Source: Sphyrna mokarran
Lineage: Eukaryota
Direction: 5' to 3'
NCBI GenBank assembly: GCA_024679065.1
Contig: JAGIQG010000006.1
Location: 110,236,001-110,300,000 of the forward strand
Length of the DNA: 64,000 nt
Every line of letters begins with the position of its first letter. The first letter of the stretch is position 1. The notes under the pieces are model-generated. The model worked only from the letters and a program-made list of their open reading frames with translations. It searched no databases and was not told the DNA's origin. This document shows positions 1 through 12,225 of this stretch, in pieces. The position numbers and the translations under genes were made by a program.

Positions 1-119
1 ATTGTAAACCTTTCTTCCATCATATATTCTAAACTGGGGATTGCACAAAATCCAGTGCTATCCAAGTTTTCTCACATACTGGAACACTTTGTATCTGTTT
101 GCAAAAAAGCCTGGAACAC

Positions 120-1029
120 ATTCAGTGTTGAGCTGATAAGTGGCGGGTAATACGTATGCTACATGAATACGAAGCAGTAAAATCTTTAATAATTGAGTGA
201 AGATCTAATCATCTATCCTTGACATTCGATGGCATTCCAATCAATGAATCTTTCCCCATCAATATACTGGGTGATCCATTAACCGAAAACAGAATTAATC
301 CAGCCATATATGACACCGGAGCAAGTCAGAGGCTAGAAATTCTGTGACAAGGAAGTCACTTCCTGACTGTCCAAAGCCTGTCCACCATTGACAGCACAAG
401 TCAGAAACGTGGTGGAATACTCTCTATTTAGCTGAATGGATACAACTCAAACAGCAATCAAGAAAGCTGAACAACCACCAAAGTTTTACAATAATGCCAT
501 TACTGGAATTGGAATGGATGAGAGTTGGAGCATGGAAAGGTCCATTGCCTTCAAGGGGGAATGATGGTTCAGGATGAGCAAGGCCGTAAAATCCTGCTCA
601 ACACTTTTCAGGATAAAGCAGCCCACTTGATCAGCACTGTTCCATCCACTATTTGAAATATTTTATTCCCTTTGCTATTTGTGCACAAGGCAACAGTATT
701 CATTATAAAGAAGTTGCACTAAAGCAACTTGCCATATGTCCTTCAACAGCACCCTCCCAACCAGTGATCTCTATGATCTAGAAAGGCAAGGGCAGCAGAT
801 ATATGAGGACATCATCACCTGCAAATTCGCACCCCCCCAAACCACTTACCATCCTGATTTTGAACTGTTAGTGATACATTTGTCACTAGAACTCTCTGCC
901 TGACAGCACTCTGGATGTACCACATGGACTGTAGCAGTTCAAACTGGTGGCTCACCACCAACTTTTCCAAGAGCAATTAGAGATGGTCAACAAATGCCAG
1001 CAATGCTCACTTCCCATGAACAAATAAAA
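120..1029 (+). mobile_element. Degenerate 3' part of an L2/Crack-like LINE, interrupted by a MITE at about 478-599
   Basis: Decayed RT C-terminal coding sequence and 3' tail 'gcaattagagatggtcaacaaatgccagcaatgctcacttcccatgaacaaataaaa'. The same family recurs at 9805, 32050, 38910 and 62262. Confidence 0.75.
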
Positions 1030-1210
1030 CACACAAGCCTCTATATCTGGAGCTATGTGGAAGCAGCAGCATCTGTAATGAAATATCTGAGTGTTACGTG
1101 AGTTTCCTAATAGCCAGATGGTTGAGTGATGGTGATGGGGTGCATTGAGTGATGTCAGAGGTTATTGGTTGGATAAATTGCAAATGTCATATGAAGATGC
1201 ATTCACTAAC

Positions 1211-1420
1211 TTTGACCACCTCCATGAGATCATTTGACTTGGCATTGTTTTCAAGTCTTCAGAGAAAGACTTGTTGCCCTGGCTCTTGCTCCCAGTCTCT
1301 CCTGAGGATGGTCCTTAAGGTCCTCCCAGTCATTGAAGAACTGTGGCATTTCTCCCCCTGTCCATTTTCATGACAAAGACCTCAATCAGCATGAACCTTA
1401 GAGCCTCTCCCCGGTGGTTC
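1211..1420 (-). pseudogene. Harbinger Myb/SANT-like gene, exon-1 relic
   Basis: Minus strand reads, with frameshifts, RTILRRDWEQ...KQCQ..NDLMEVVK followed by the donor gttagt. Same architecture as the relic at 29701-29941. Confidence 0.5.
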
Positions 1421-2963
1421 ATTTCCCTTATGCAGCAAAGTATTCAGCAACAGCCTCCTGTGGATTCAGTAGAGTATCCCTTTAAGAGGACAGACTGCCT
1501 TTAAGATGAATAAGTTGGTTGCACCAGGTGGCATGAGCACAAATATTTTAGCTCTCTGTAAGCATTCAGCTATTTCACAGCACAGGCCTTATTCGGACCA
1601 ACACTATCATCAAGTAAATGAGGAGACAATATCAAATTTGCATGCTGCCTTCATTTTTAGCAATGGGTATGAGCTAGTCACCAATTATAACGGCTGCTTC
1701 TTTGAAAAAGCACAGACCAATTTACTTTCTGAAGTCTTGACTGATTCTCAACAATTATTCACTGAGGGGGTGATTTTCATCAGACACTTCAACGAGAAAA
1801 CATTATCTACAATCACTTTAGTTTCATCTGAAGGCAGAACCTAATTACGTACTCTCTGTAAATTATATCATCTTTTATTCTCAGGGAAACATTTTTGCGT
1901 TCTTTTATCTGTAAAAGTTAACAATCAAATAGGAAAGCATAGAAGTAATCATTGCAATTCTGGATTTGAAAAATGAATTCTATTTTCAGAAATATCCTCC
2001 TAATGATGTTAGAACTGTAAATCATTTAGCTGGAACTTGACATTTGATACATCAAACAATCAAAAAAGATATGACACATATCAGGTTTCATCTTTCCAGA
2101 TTTCCCATGCTGGTGGGATCTCACATGCCACTGCCTATCATTAGGAAATCTGGAATGGGCTCTTACGTACTATTTTTTCTTGATGCCCAATTATTCAATC
2201 AACGTTGCAGATTCTTGCTTCAGGGGCTGCACAATCTTTGTAATCTGTTAAAATTCAGGGCTGAATGCCAATATTTCCTGACTCCTAATGAAGCCCCACA
2301 CACAGTACAAGCCATGCCCACAAGAACATGGTACCATGTCATAGTACTTAGCGGGCCACTTTAAGGAAGGAGGTGTTTTTCAATGGGTGTTTTTTTTTCC
2401 GGTTTGTTTTTGTTTTTATGCATACTTGCCTGATTACGCTCTGTGCATTAATCAATTGGCAGGCAAGTCTTCAACTTTTGCAGACCACCCACCACACTGA
2501 AGAGATGAATTTGCCTGTGTCACAGATGTTACAGCACATGTCACAACATGCACAGGTTTCATGTATCTGTTGGGCTCAAAGCACCAGAGGCTTATTCCCC
2601 TTCCCAGCCCACTAATATATTTTGTATTGATTTCTATTTGAATATTGTAGTGCATCCAATTATTAATTGATGTAGAAAAGTTTTATTACATATAAATCAA
2701 GTCAGTTAACACTTGAAAATGTGAGAAATACATCTTTATTTCACCTCAAACTTTTCTCCTGATTTTTTGCCTCAGCACAACATATCTGAATGGAACTAGC
2801 CTTATCCCCAAGCTTTGGTTTGTGTAATAGATATTCCAATTTAACCACTTTAGTTCAAGTCATCTGTTCATCACAGTCTAGTCTTCATATGATTATAAGT
2901 TGTATTGTCTTGTTATAAAATAACCTAGCATCTCATTTTGTAATTTGGAAGTTCTCATCTACT

Positions 2964-3268
2964 GTTTAAAGTTTATTTATTAGTGTCCCAAATAGACTTA
3001 CATTAACACTGTAATGAATTTTCTGTGAAAAACCCTCATTGTCACTCGCTGGCATCTGCTTGGGTACACTGAGGGAGAATCTAGCATGGCTAATGCACTT
3101 AACCAGTATGTCTTTTGGACTGTGGGAGGAAATCAAAGTATCCAGAGGAAACCCACGCAGACATGGGAAGAACATGCAGACTCCACACAGACAGTGATCC
3201 AAGCCAGAAATTAAATCCAGGTCCCTGGCTCTGTGAGGCAACAGTGCTAACCACTGTGCCACCATGCC
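2964..3268 (-). mobile_element. HE1-like V-SINE, tail variant B
   Basis: tRNA-like head with A/B boxes, V-domain 'gtctgcgtgggtttcctctgg', tail ending '...gacactaataaataaacttt'. Confidence 0.9.
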
Positions 3269-3989
3269 TGGACCATTTGAGTGCACTCTCTGTTGGACTC
3301 AATGGGTTACAGTCATGAAGATCTTTCAAATAATCTAAAATTAACTTTGCATGAGACAGATACTTTATGCCAATTCTAATAAATGTTGATGGGCAGTTTT
3401 TAAAAGGAAACACATTTGCCCTAGAAAATCTGTCAGAGATTATGTCAGGATTTTATCTGAAGCAGAATTCTGCAGAGATTCATGAATTGAGGCACTCCAT
3501 GAGGGGCTTTCAGTTGATTAGAATTGAACATCCACACTGGGCCCTGTTCTACTGACCAGCCTAGAAACATTCTCATAAATTGCTAAGCCTGGAAAATGAA
3601 TCTGATTTCTCAAAGGTTCTACATAAGGGGCCATTTCAGAATGGAAAAAAATTAAACCACGTAAATCTGGATTCCAACGTGGGCCCAACTGCTTGGTGAG
3701 ACCAGGCATACTTGTGCCGATGATATGCCAGGACCTGATTGAGAATCAGAGCATGGAAAATCCAGATAATGGGAGTCTCTACCACAGACATTCCCTACTA
3801 TGTCAATAGCTTGTAGAGCCAGACGGGGATTCTATCTCTACAAGGCCCACTCTATGCTCTTCTTCTGCATTCTGATCCCTATTGTGGACTGTTCCAATTG
3901 ATATTGTGGCATTTAAAACCAGGATGAGAGTTTCTTGGATAATTGATGTCTTATCCAATCAGCCCAAAAGCAATGAGAAGTCAGGTTAA

Positions 3990-6660
3990 TAAGTGGGTAA
4001 CCATCCAGAAGAGGAACACAGTACAGGGATCTTTAGTGTGTTTCCAATTCTGAAATGGTTACTCAGTAGTGAAAACTGCTGTGGGTGGTGGGTGATGCCC
4101 TAAAGAAATGCATCTCAGACCATAGCATCAGTGGGAAAGGGACTATATTGCTGATGGTGGTGGAGGGTTGGTGGAGGGGGGAATGAAGCGGGTAATAGTA
4201 GACAGCAAAACATGCAATTAATGTAGGAGACTCCATTGTAAGGGGGACAGGTAGGCATTTCTTTTAAGTTTTAAAAGTTTATTCATTACTTGTCACAACA
4301 CTGCACAACTCGTTAACACTGCAATAAACTTACTGTGAAATTCCCCAGTTGCCACCTGTTCGCGTCAATGCACCTAACCAGCATGTCTTTCAGAATGTGG
4401 GAAAAAACTGGAGCCCCTCCCCACACAGACACAGGGGAAACTTGCAAACTCCACACAGATAGTGACCCAAGCCAGGAATTGAACACAGATCCCTGGAAGC
4501 AGCAGTGCTAACCACTATGCTACTGTGCTGCCCCTGTCACCATTATTTTGAGTTTTATATGGTGTGTTGCCTCCTTGTGCTGGGCTAAAGGACATCAGAA
4601 AATGATAAAGAATATTCTGCAGTGAGAAGTAAGTGAGCCAGAAACTGTAGTACAAACTAATACCAATGACCCATAGGAGGCAGATACTGAGGTCTTAAGG
4701 TCAGATTTTCAGCAGTTAGTTGGAAAGTTAAAAAGTAGGGCCTCAAGAATAATAATTTCTGAATTACTCCAATGTCTTAAAAGAGCCACTGAGAAAATTT
4801 AAAGATAGAGAGGACCAATGCTTGCTTTTAAAGAATGATGCAGTCGGGAGAGTTACATATTCTTGGAACACTGAGACTAATACAGAATGCACCTATTCAA
4901 AAGGGATAGATTGCACCTCAGAAAAACTGGGACCAATGTCCTTTTGGGGACATTCACCCATGTGCTTGGAGAGTGTTTAGGCTAAATTGGCATGAGGATG
5001 AATAACAGGATATAATGTTCATAAAGTGAGATTGTTGGATAGTGCCATAGAAGGGGTTTGTTCCATATTTGATAAGAGTGAACGAACATATGCACAATGC
5101 AAAAACAGGATTACAATGCATGTATACAAATATACAAAGTGCAGTGAATAAAATTGGTGAGTTGCAAGCATAAAAAGCAGTGTGGGAAGATAATATAATT
5201 GAAATAACAGAAACAAAGCTTAAAAATGGTGACACACATTTAATATACAAGTAGAAAAGTAATAGAATGAGGATGAGGTGAATAATAATTAGGAAAATAT
5301 TGTAATGTTGGAAAGCGAGAATTTCCTTGAAAAGCCGAAAATGATGCCTGTTTGGTTAGAGCCGAAAAGAAAAAGGGATACATTTGCATTATTTGGGGTA
5401 TTCTAAAAGCCTCTAAATGGTGAAAGAGAGGTAGAGGTACAAATCTGTAGGGAAATTACAAAGATGTGCAAGATTCAAAGAGTGGAGGTACATGGGCACT
5501 TTAATCACCCAAATATCAATTGGGAAAATGTTAGAGCAAAGAATAAGGAAGGAGAAGAATTTCTGAACTGTATTCAAGAAAATTTCCTTGATCAGTATGT
5601 TCTTGAACCAAGCAGAAAGGAGGCATTGATGGATCTGATGCTGGGAAATGAGATGGCCCAGTGGTCCAAATATCTGTGGGGGAATACTTGGGAAATGGTG
5701 ATCATCATATTATAAGGTTTGGATTAGTTATGGAGAAGAGCATGGAGCAATCTAATATAGAACTTTAAAATTGGATAAGGCTCCTTTTGAGGTGATGTGA
5801 AGAGATCCAGCCAGGGTAAAATGGAATCAGAGACAAACAGGAAAAATTCAAATGGAACAATGGATAATCCTTAAGGAAAACATGCTTCATGTACACGCAA
5901 GGTTTATTCCAACAAGAGCTAAAGTTAAGGGAGGCAAAAACAGGGTTATTTGGAAGATGAGGGTGCTAGAGATTGTACTGAAACAAAAAAGGAAAGTGTA
6001 TGATTCATGTCAGATGAGTTCTTCGAGTAAAAATTAAGTAAGAAGGGAAGTGAAGAGGAAAGAATCTCTGATAAAGAAAATGTATAAAAATAGAATGGCA
6101 GTCGATATAATGGAACACAAAAAACTTTTATCGGCATATAAATAGTAAGCAAAGAGTAAGAGGTGGAATGGGTCTCATGAGGGACAAAAATGGTGTATAT
6201 TTTTAGAAGTGTAAGGCAAAACAAGAATAATTAATGAGTGTTTTGTATTGTTGTTTTCTAAGAAAGAGAGATTGGAAAAATATTGGCAGAAATAGAGGTA
6301 ATGGAGGCGATGTATAGTGTATATTGAACGGATGGAGATACTACAAAGGCTAGCTGTGTTTGAGGTAAATGAATCCCCGGTCTATATGGCTGGCAACCCA
6401 GGTTTGCAAAGAAAGTAGGGCTGGAGATAGTTTGCCTTAATTTTCCAAGCTTTAGGTGGTGGATAGCAGCAGTGGGGTGGGGAGTGGGGATGCAGTGGGG
6501 TGTGAATTCAGAAACAAGCAATGATTTCAAAAGAAGTTGGTTGGGCATGTGAAGGAAGTAAATCTGCAGGACTACATGGACTGAGTGGGGATATGGAAGT
6601 AACTGGATTGTTCCATGGGCAACCACCATGGACTTCATGGGTTAATGGCCTGCTTTTGTG
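3990..6660 (+). mobile_element. Old CR1 LINE: ORF1 esterase remnant, ORF2 endonuclease remnant and 3' end
   Basis: Reads VGDSIVRGT (about 4222) and MVCCL (about 4559), typical of the CR1 ORF1 SGNH esterase. ORF 5464-5715 has GHFNHPNINW...FLDQYVLEPSR...MDLMLGNE, matching the APE endonuclease. Many stops and indels. Confidence 0.85.
4266..4533 (-). mobile_element. HE1-like V-SINE, variant B, internally deleted, inserted in CR1 ORF1
   Basis: SINE head, V-domain and 'tgtgacaagtaatgaataaactt' tail. Confidence 0.85.
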
Positions 6661-6678
6661 CCACACATATATTTGATA

Positions 6679-6974
6679 GGATGGCACATTGGTTAGTACT
6701 GCTTTTTCACAGCACTGGGGAATTGTGTTCAATTGCCGGCTTGGGTCACTGTCTGAGTGGAGTTTGCACATTCTTTTCATGTCTGCATGGGTTTCCTCTG
6801 GGTGCTCAGTTTTCGTCCCATAGTCTGAAATATGTGCTGGTTAGGTGTATTGGCCATGCTAAATTCTCCCTTAATGTATCTGAACAGGTGCCTGAGTGTG
6901 GCGATTAGGGGATTTTCAGTAACTTCATTGCAGTGGTAATGTAAGCCCACTTGTGATACTAATAAGTAAAACTT
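6679..6974 (+). mobile_element. HE1-like V-SINE, tail variant B
   Basis: Colinear with the copies at 2964 and 21101. Confidence 0.9.
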
Positions 6975-7024
6975 CAAAATTTTGAAAATATATCCAATCA
7001 GCATTTTATTGCGATAGTGACTAT

Positions 7025-7144
7025 GGCTGAGATTTTCCCGCTCGGGCAAGACCGGAAACTCCTACCCGAGATCACTGCAGATTTCTGTTGTTAGACCCTC
7101 GCCCTCGCTAATTCTGTGGCAGGCAAGGTGGTAGAGTTCCAGCC
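7025..7144. mobile_element. Harbinger-type MITE, about 120 bp
   Basis: Imperfect TIRs ggctgagatttt / agagttccagcc. Internal layout shared with 18968, 20695 and 50657. Confidence 0.6.
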
Positions 7145-7312
7145 TACATCTGAAAGATATCTCATTAGCATTAAAGCACTTGTGAAATCCTGAACTTGCA
7201 AATCGTGCTATATTAATGGCAATTTCTTCTTTTTGTCTTTTCATTAGTATCCTGTTTTATATACTCCCCTACTCAGTGGTAACAACAAAATATATATATA
7301 AATAAAATTTGA

Positions 7313-7355
7313 GTGTGAGTGTGTGTATGCGTATGTGTGTGTATGTATGTGTGTT
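7313..7355. repeat. (TG)n/(TGTA)n microsatellite
   Basis: Directly visible. Confidence 0.9.
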
Positions 7356-8441
7356 CATGTGATTTCATTGCAAGGTTACAGGTCATAAATATGTATTTGC
7401 CTCATTGCCTATCCCCAACATAGTCAGTAGGTTGCAGAACACATACAATATTTTGAAGATCCTTGATATTTGAGATAGTGCAAATGACTTGCTCATTTAA
7501 TTTTCCTTCTGCATTAAAATCAACGCATAGACTTTGAAAGTACATTTTGCTAAACTCACAATGAAAGTAGGATATAACTATGACTACATTTGCACAATAT
7601 TTGTCCATGAAAATGCAATGGTAGGTCATCTTACTTTAATAAACATATGCAAAGTGATATGCACTTCCAACATATTACATTTTGTCGAAGTAACTTCTAT
7701 CAAGTGCTTTGAATGAGATAAGAGGTTAATTATCTGAAAGGGTGAATTATAATTAAACTCATAAATTAAGCCAATTGTCCTGGTTCTAATTTAATTAAAA
7801 TACAGCATTAAATTACATAACTTCCTGCCTCTCCTGATGGGATTATGGAAAAGCTCTGTTTAAATGAGTCTGAGGAATCGACCAATCAAGAACATTGAGC
7901 TTAGTGAGTTATTTGTGATTGAACAACTTGCAATTTGTTACATTATACAACATATAAATCAGCAAGTTTGAGGCACTCAATACCTTTATTTCCAGACTGT
8001 TAATTAACTTATGGTTGCATGTACATTATAAGATGCTGTCAATTGTAATTTTTTATATAGTTATCCTCAGTAACTACCTTCACCTTACAATGATGGCAAA
8101 GTGGGATGAGAGCAATATTATGATTGGGAATACAAAAACTTGAACATGTTTTGAGACCAACGAATCTTCATTTTCTGTCAAAGTGGTGGAGCAGTATGAC
8201 CTTGAGTTCTGTTATAAAGTAACAGTTTCAGACCATGGGTTCTGTTATAATGGATACCATGATTCATGGGGGATCACTGATAGATCTTCCCCTGGGATTT
8301 ATGGAATATGAGCCGCCTTATTGAGTGAGCGGAGGTTCGCCCCAATGAGAAGCGGCTGGCAGGAGTTTTTAAATTTGTTACTCTTTCTGGATCAATATTC
8401 CAGGTGGTGAGGTGGAGACTACCTGACTATAAGCCTCAGGC

Positions 8442-8598
8442 ATGATGTGGAAATGCCGGTGATGGACTGGAGTAAACACAGTAAGAATTTTCACAACGCC
8501 AGGTTAAAGTGAAGAAACAGCCATTTCCGAAAGCTAATGGCTTTTGCTACAAATAAACCTGTTGGACTTTAAGCTGGTGTTGTGAGACTTCTTACTGT
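8442..8598. mobile_element. Penelope-like pseudo-LTR, short inverted arrangement
   Basis: 'atgatgtggaaatgccgg...cagtaagaattttcacaacgccaggttaaagt' followed by its inverted copy 'actttaagctggtgttgtgagacttcttactg'. Confidence 0.75.
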
Positions 8599-8711
8599 AT
8601 AAGCTGTAGGCACAGCCCTTTTCTTTGGTGCACAAGAAAGGATGTTGATGGTAGAGAATGGACCTTTGGCTGAATTACTGCAGGTTTGTAAAGTGTATGG
8701 GGAGAAGATAA

Positions 8712-8963
8712 AAGTCAAAGATCACATATCAACCAACTCAAGAGCAGCTTCCTCTCTGCTGCCATTAGACTTCTGAGTGGCCCTACCTTATATTAAGTTG
8801 ATCATTCTCTACGTCCTAGCTACGACTGTAACACTACATTCTACAACTTCTTTCCTTCTTCCCTATATGCTCTATGAACTGTATGCTTTGTCTGTATAGT
8901 GCACAAGACAAAATACATTTTACTGTATACCAATACATGTGACAGAAATAAATCAAATCAAAT
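8712..8963 (+). mobile_element. Rex1/Babar LINE 3' end
   Basis: Matches the reverse complement of about 17055-17300. (TCAAA)n tail. Confidence 0.8.
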
Positions 8964-9804
8964 GAAAATAAATCCACATTGTGTTATTAACTCAACTTGG
9001 TATTCAGAACTGGCTATTTTTGCAATGGCCTTGAACAATAACCTACAACAAGGTGCCTAATTGGTACCCATAGCTCACAGTTTTAATAGAAATGAGAGCT
9101 GCGACCAATTCGTAGTGAGGCTTAGAAAGATGTTTTTTGGTGTCTGCGTGAGCACAAAACCACTTAGTCAACTTACGTGTCTAATTTTGACCTCCTAAGA
9201 ATCACAGACAATAATTTTATTTGTGGACATATGCAGTATGTATTTTCTGCACTATGGTTATTGCAGCAGAACCTTTTGAAATATGAGTTCAAGTACCTCT
9301 CTGCCTGTGGGACAAATGTAACACAACTTTTGAACTCATATTATAGCAATTTTCCCAGGAGCAAATCCATATTGGAAGATTTCCCTGCAACTTCCAGCTC
9401 TCAGCTTTCAAAACAGCACCTTGTAAATTTGGGGTGGGAATGCTTAGAATGCACAGGGAAGAGTAAAACTGGAGATTACATCCTGGAAACCAAGTTCAGA
9501 GCAAATACAATTCTTTACTGTTATTCTTTCTTCCCTTAATCACTCTGGCATACAATCCAGCACTGGCCATGACATACAGTCAATTTTCACAGGCATTGCA
9601 CCACTGACTAGAACTCACACATCATGGATAGTTCATCAGAAAATTACAGTGAAATGTGAGAGGTTTTCCATCCAACTATCTCTTGTCTGTGAGTCACCAC
9701 AGTTGAAAATTATGTGCATACTGTTTGAATTGCCTCAAAGTTGGCAATCTGACATATTGATATAGGCATCTTCTAAACCAGCCAAAGGCCCCACTATCAC
9801 TTTT

Positions 9805-9972
9805 TAAAAAATGTGATAATGAAATTTGGACATTGCTGGCATTGCCCATCCTTAATTGCTCTTCATTGAATAGGTGGTGGTATGTTGCCTTCTTGAACTG
9901 CTGCAGCTCATGTGGTATAAATCCATCTACACACTTGTCAGGAAGGGAGTTTCCAAGATTTTGACAGCGAAG
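9805..9972 (-). mobile_element. L2/Crack-like LINE 3' tail
   Basis: 'gcattgcccatccttaattgctctt...ggtggtggt...gccttcttgaactgctgcag'. Same tail as 940-1029. Confidence 0.75.
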
Positions 9973-10255
9973 GGACAGTTGTTCAGAAGCAAAAACTTCA
10001 TAGCACACTTTCTGTCACTAAGATTGAGACCATCCATTCAACTGCCTCTGTTGCTTATTTCTTTTCCTGTAGTCCATCAAGCCAAACTTTCTTAAATGTT
10101 GTCATAACTCCAAATTCACTTCTATTTCTATTTTTTCTCCTATGTATCATCCCTCATGCATTTTGCAAACTTATTTTGTCCATCTACTCCTTCTCCAAAT
10201 CTATTTCCACCAAATTGCTTATTGCCAAAAGTCCCTTCCTGGCATCATGTGACAT

Positions 10256-10603
10256 GGGTGGCATGGTAGCACAATGGTTGGCAGTACTGCTTCACAGCTC
10301 CAAGGACCTGGGTTTGATTCCTGGCTTGGGTCATTGTCTGTGTGGAGTTTGCATATTCTCCTCGTATCTGTGTGGGTTTCCTCCGAGTGCTCCGGTTTCC
10401 TCTCACAGTGCTAAGATGTGCGGGTTGGGTTGATTGGCCATGCTAAAATTGCCCCTTAATGTCCTGAGATTGGGTAGGTTAGAGGGATTAGCGGCTAAAT
10501 ATGTAGGGATATGGGGTCTAAGGCCTGGGTGGGATAGTGATCGGTGCAGACTCAATGAGCCAAATGGCCTCTTCCTGCACTGTAGGTTTCTATGATTCTA
10601 TGA
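10256..10603 (+). mobile_element. HE1 SINE, full length, CR1/HER1-type tail (variant A)
   Basis: Head, V-domain and tail 'caaatggcctcttcctgcactgtaggtttctatgattctatga'. Confidence 0.92.
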
Positions 10604-10931
10604 GATTGTCAATAGTTCCTTCTATACTGGAGACTTCCTCTTCAAACATCGAAGGGACAGTTGTTCAGAAGCAAAAACTTCATAGCACATTTTCTGTCAC
10701 TAAGATTGACTTAGTGTTTGTCCAGCATATAGTATTGGATGACCAGAAGCTTTTTACAATTAAATACTGGGAAAGTAAAAACAACAAAATAAAAGAATGA
10801 TGCCACTTGCTGCTCATTGACTGTGGTTAAACCTACCAGTTCACAAACTTGCTGTCTTAATTGACTCAGAACTGACCCAATATACTCCCCATCAAAATCC
10901 CATTTTTCCACCTCTGTATCAGTTCCTGCCT

Positions 10932-11740
10932 CACAGAATCTTTATGATGCAGAAGGAGACCAGTTATACCATCAAGTCCACACTGACTCTCTGAAACAGC
11001 ATTTGATTAAATCCCACACCCTTGTCTTATTCCTGTCACTTTACACATTCTTTCTTTTCAGATAGCAATCTAATTTAATTTTGAATACCCCAATCCCGGC
11101 CCTCTCATGAAGTTAGTTCCAGACTCCAATCGCCTTTTCAGTGAAAAAAATTTCCACTCATCAGTTTAATTTCTTTTGCCAATTGTTTTGAAACTGTGTC
11201 CTCTAATTCTTGATGCTTTCTTGAGGGGGAAGAGTTTCTCACTCTGTACCCTGCTCCTATCCCTCAGAATCTTGAGTACTACTACCAAGGCTTCCTTAAG
11301 CATTCTTTTCTCAAAGGGAAATGGATTCAACTGCCAATCTCGCCTCATAGCTACAGATTTTCATCCAAGGAATCATTCTTGTGATTCCCTCCTGTACTCT
11401 CCCCAAAATCTTTGCATCCTTCCTCAAGTATTGTGCCTGGAACTGGATGCAATAATCCAGATAAGATCCAACTAGTGTCTTATGCAAATTCAACATGACC
11501 TCCTTGCTCTTGTACTCAATATTAATAATGCCTAAGGTACTATATGTTTTATTGGTTAATTACTCAGCATGCCCTGCCATCTTCAATGACATATCTGCTT
11601 ATACACAGAGGTCCCTCTGTTCCTGCACCTCCTTTAGTTTTCTCTTTGTTTTATACTGTCTCCCTGCACATGTATTCTCCCTGCAAAACCAAATCACATC
11701 ATACTTCTCTGCATTGAACTTCATCTGCCTCAGCCCATTT
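10932..11740 (-). mobile_element. Degenerate CR1 LINE 3' part
   Basis: ORF fragments MLNLHKTLVGSYLDYCIQF... and ...EKLFPLKKASRIRGHSFK resemble the CR1 ORF2 C-terminus. Confidence 0.85.
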
Positions 11741-11744
11741 GTCA

Positions 11745-12225
11745 TTAAAATCTTCATTTATGCCTTTGAGCTCCATACTGCACTATTCCAAAATGTTCAT
11801 GACCAGCATCACAATTCCTTTCTCTAAGGTTTTGCTTATCAAAAACTCTGTTGCTTATGTCCTAACTTGCATCAAGTCTCAATCACCTATTTTCCCTGCA
11901 CTCACTGACATACACTGGCTCCCAGTACAACAATACCTCAGTGTTAAAGTTCTCATATTTGCACTCAATGCCTCCATTGCATTGTATCTTTTCCCTCAAT
12001 GTGACCTCTTTTGGCTCTGCAACTCTCTGTGAACTCTGCACTCCTCCAATTTTCTTGCTTGCTTCTCTGATTTCTGTCACTCTATCATTCATTTCTATGG
12101 CTTCAGCTGTCCAGTTTCTAAACTGCGAATTTCCCTACCTAAACCTCTGTCTCTGTGTCTCTCTTTAAGTTGCTTCTTAAAAGCTATCACTTTAGCTTTG
12201 GGTTACTTATGTTAATATCTCTTCA
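11745..12225 (+). mobile_element. Degenerate L2 LINE 3' part
   Basis: KNSVAYVLT...SPIFPALTDIHWLPVQQYLSVKVLI matches the L2 motif ITPxLxxLHWLPV. Confidence 0.8.

Larger units (their letters stand above)
8210..9050 (+). mobile_element. Probable solo LTR, interrupted by Penelope and Rex1 fragments
   Basis: Begins tgttataa and ends ctacaaca (TG...CA), with TATA-like and AATAAA motifs. No internal genes. Confidence 0.4.

Noticed and set aside
10256-10330. tRNA-like A/B boxes
   Set aside because: They are SINE heads continuing into the V-domain, with no complete cloverleaf.
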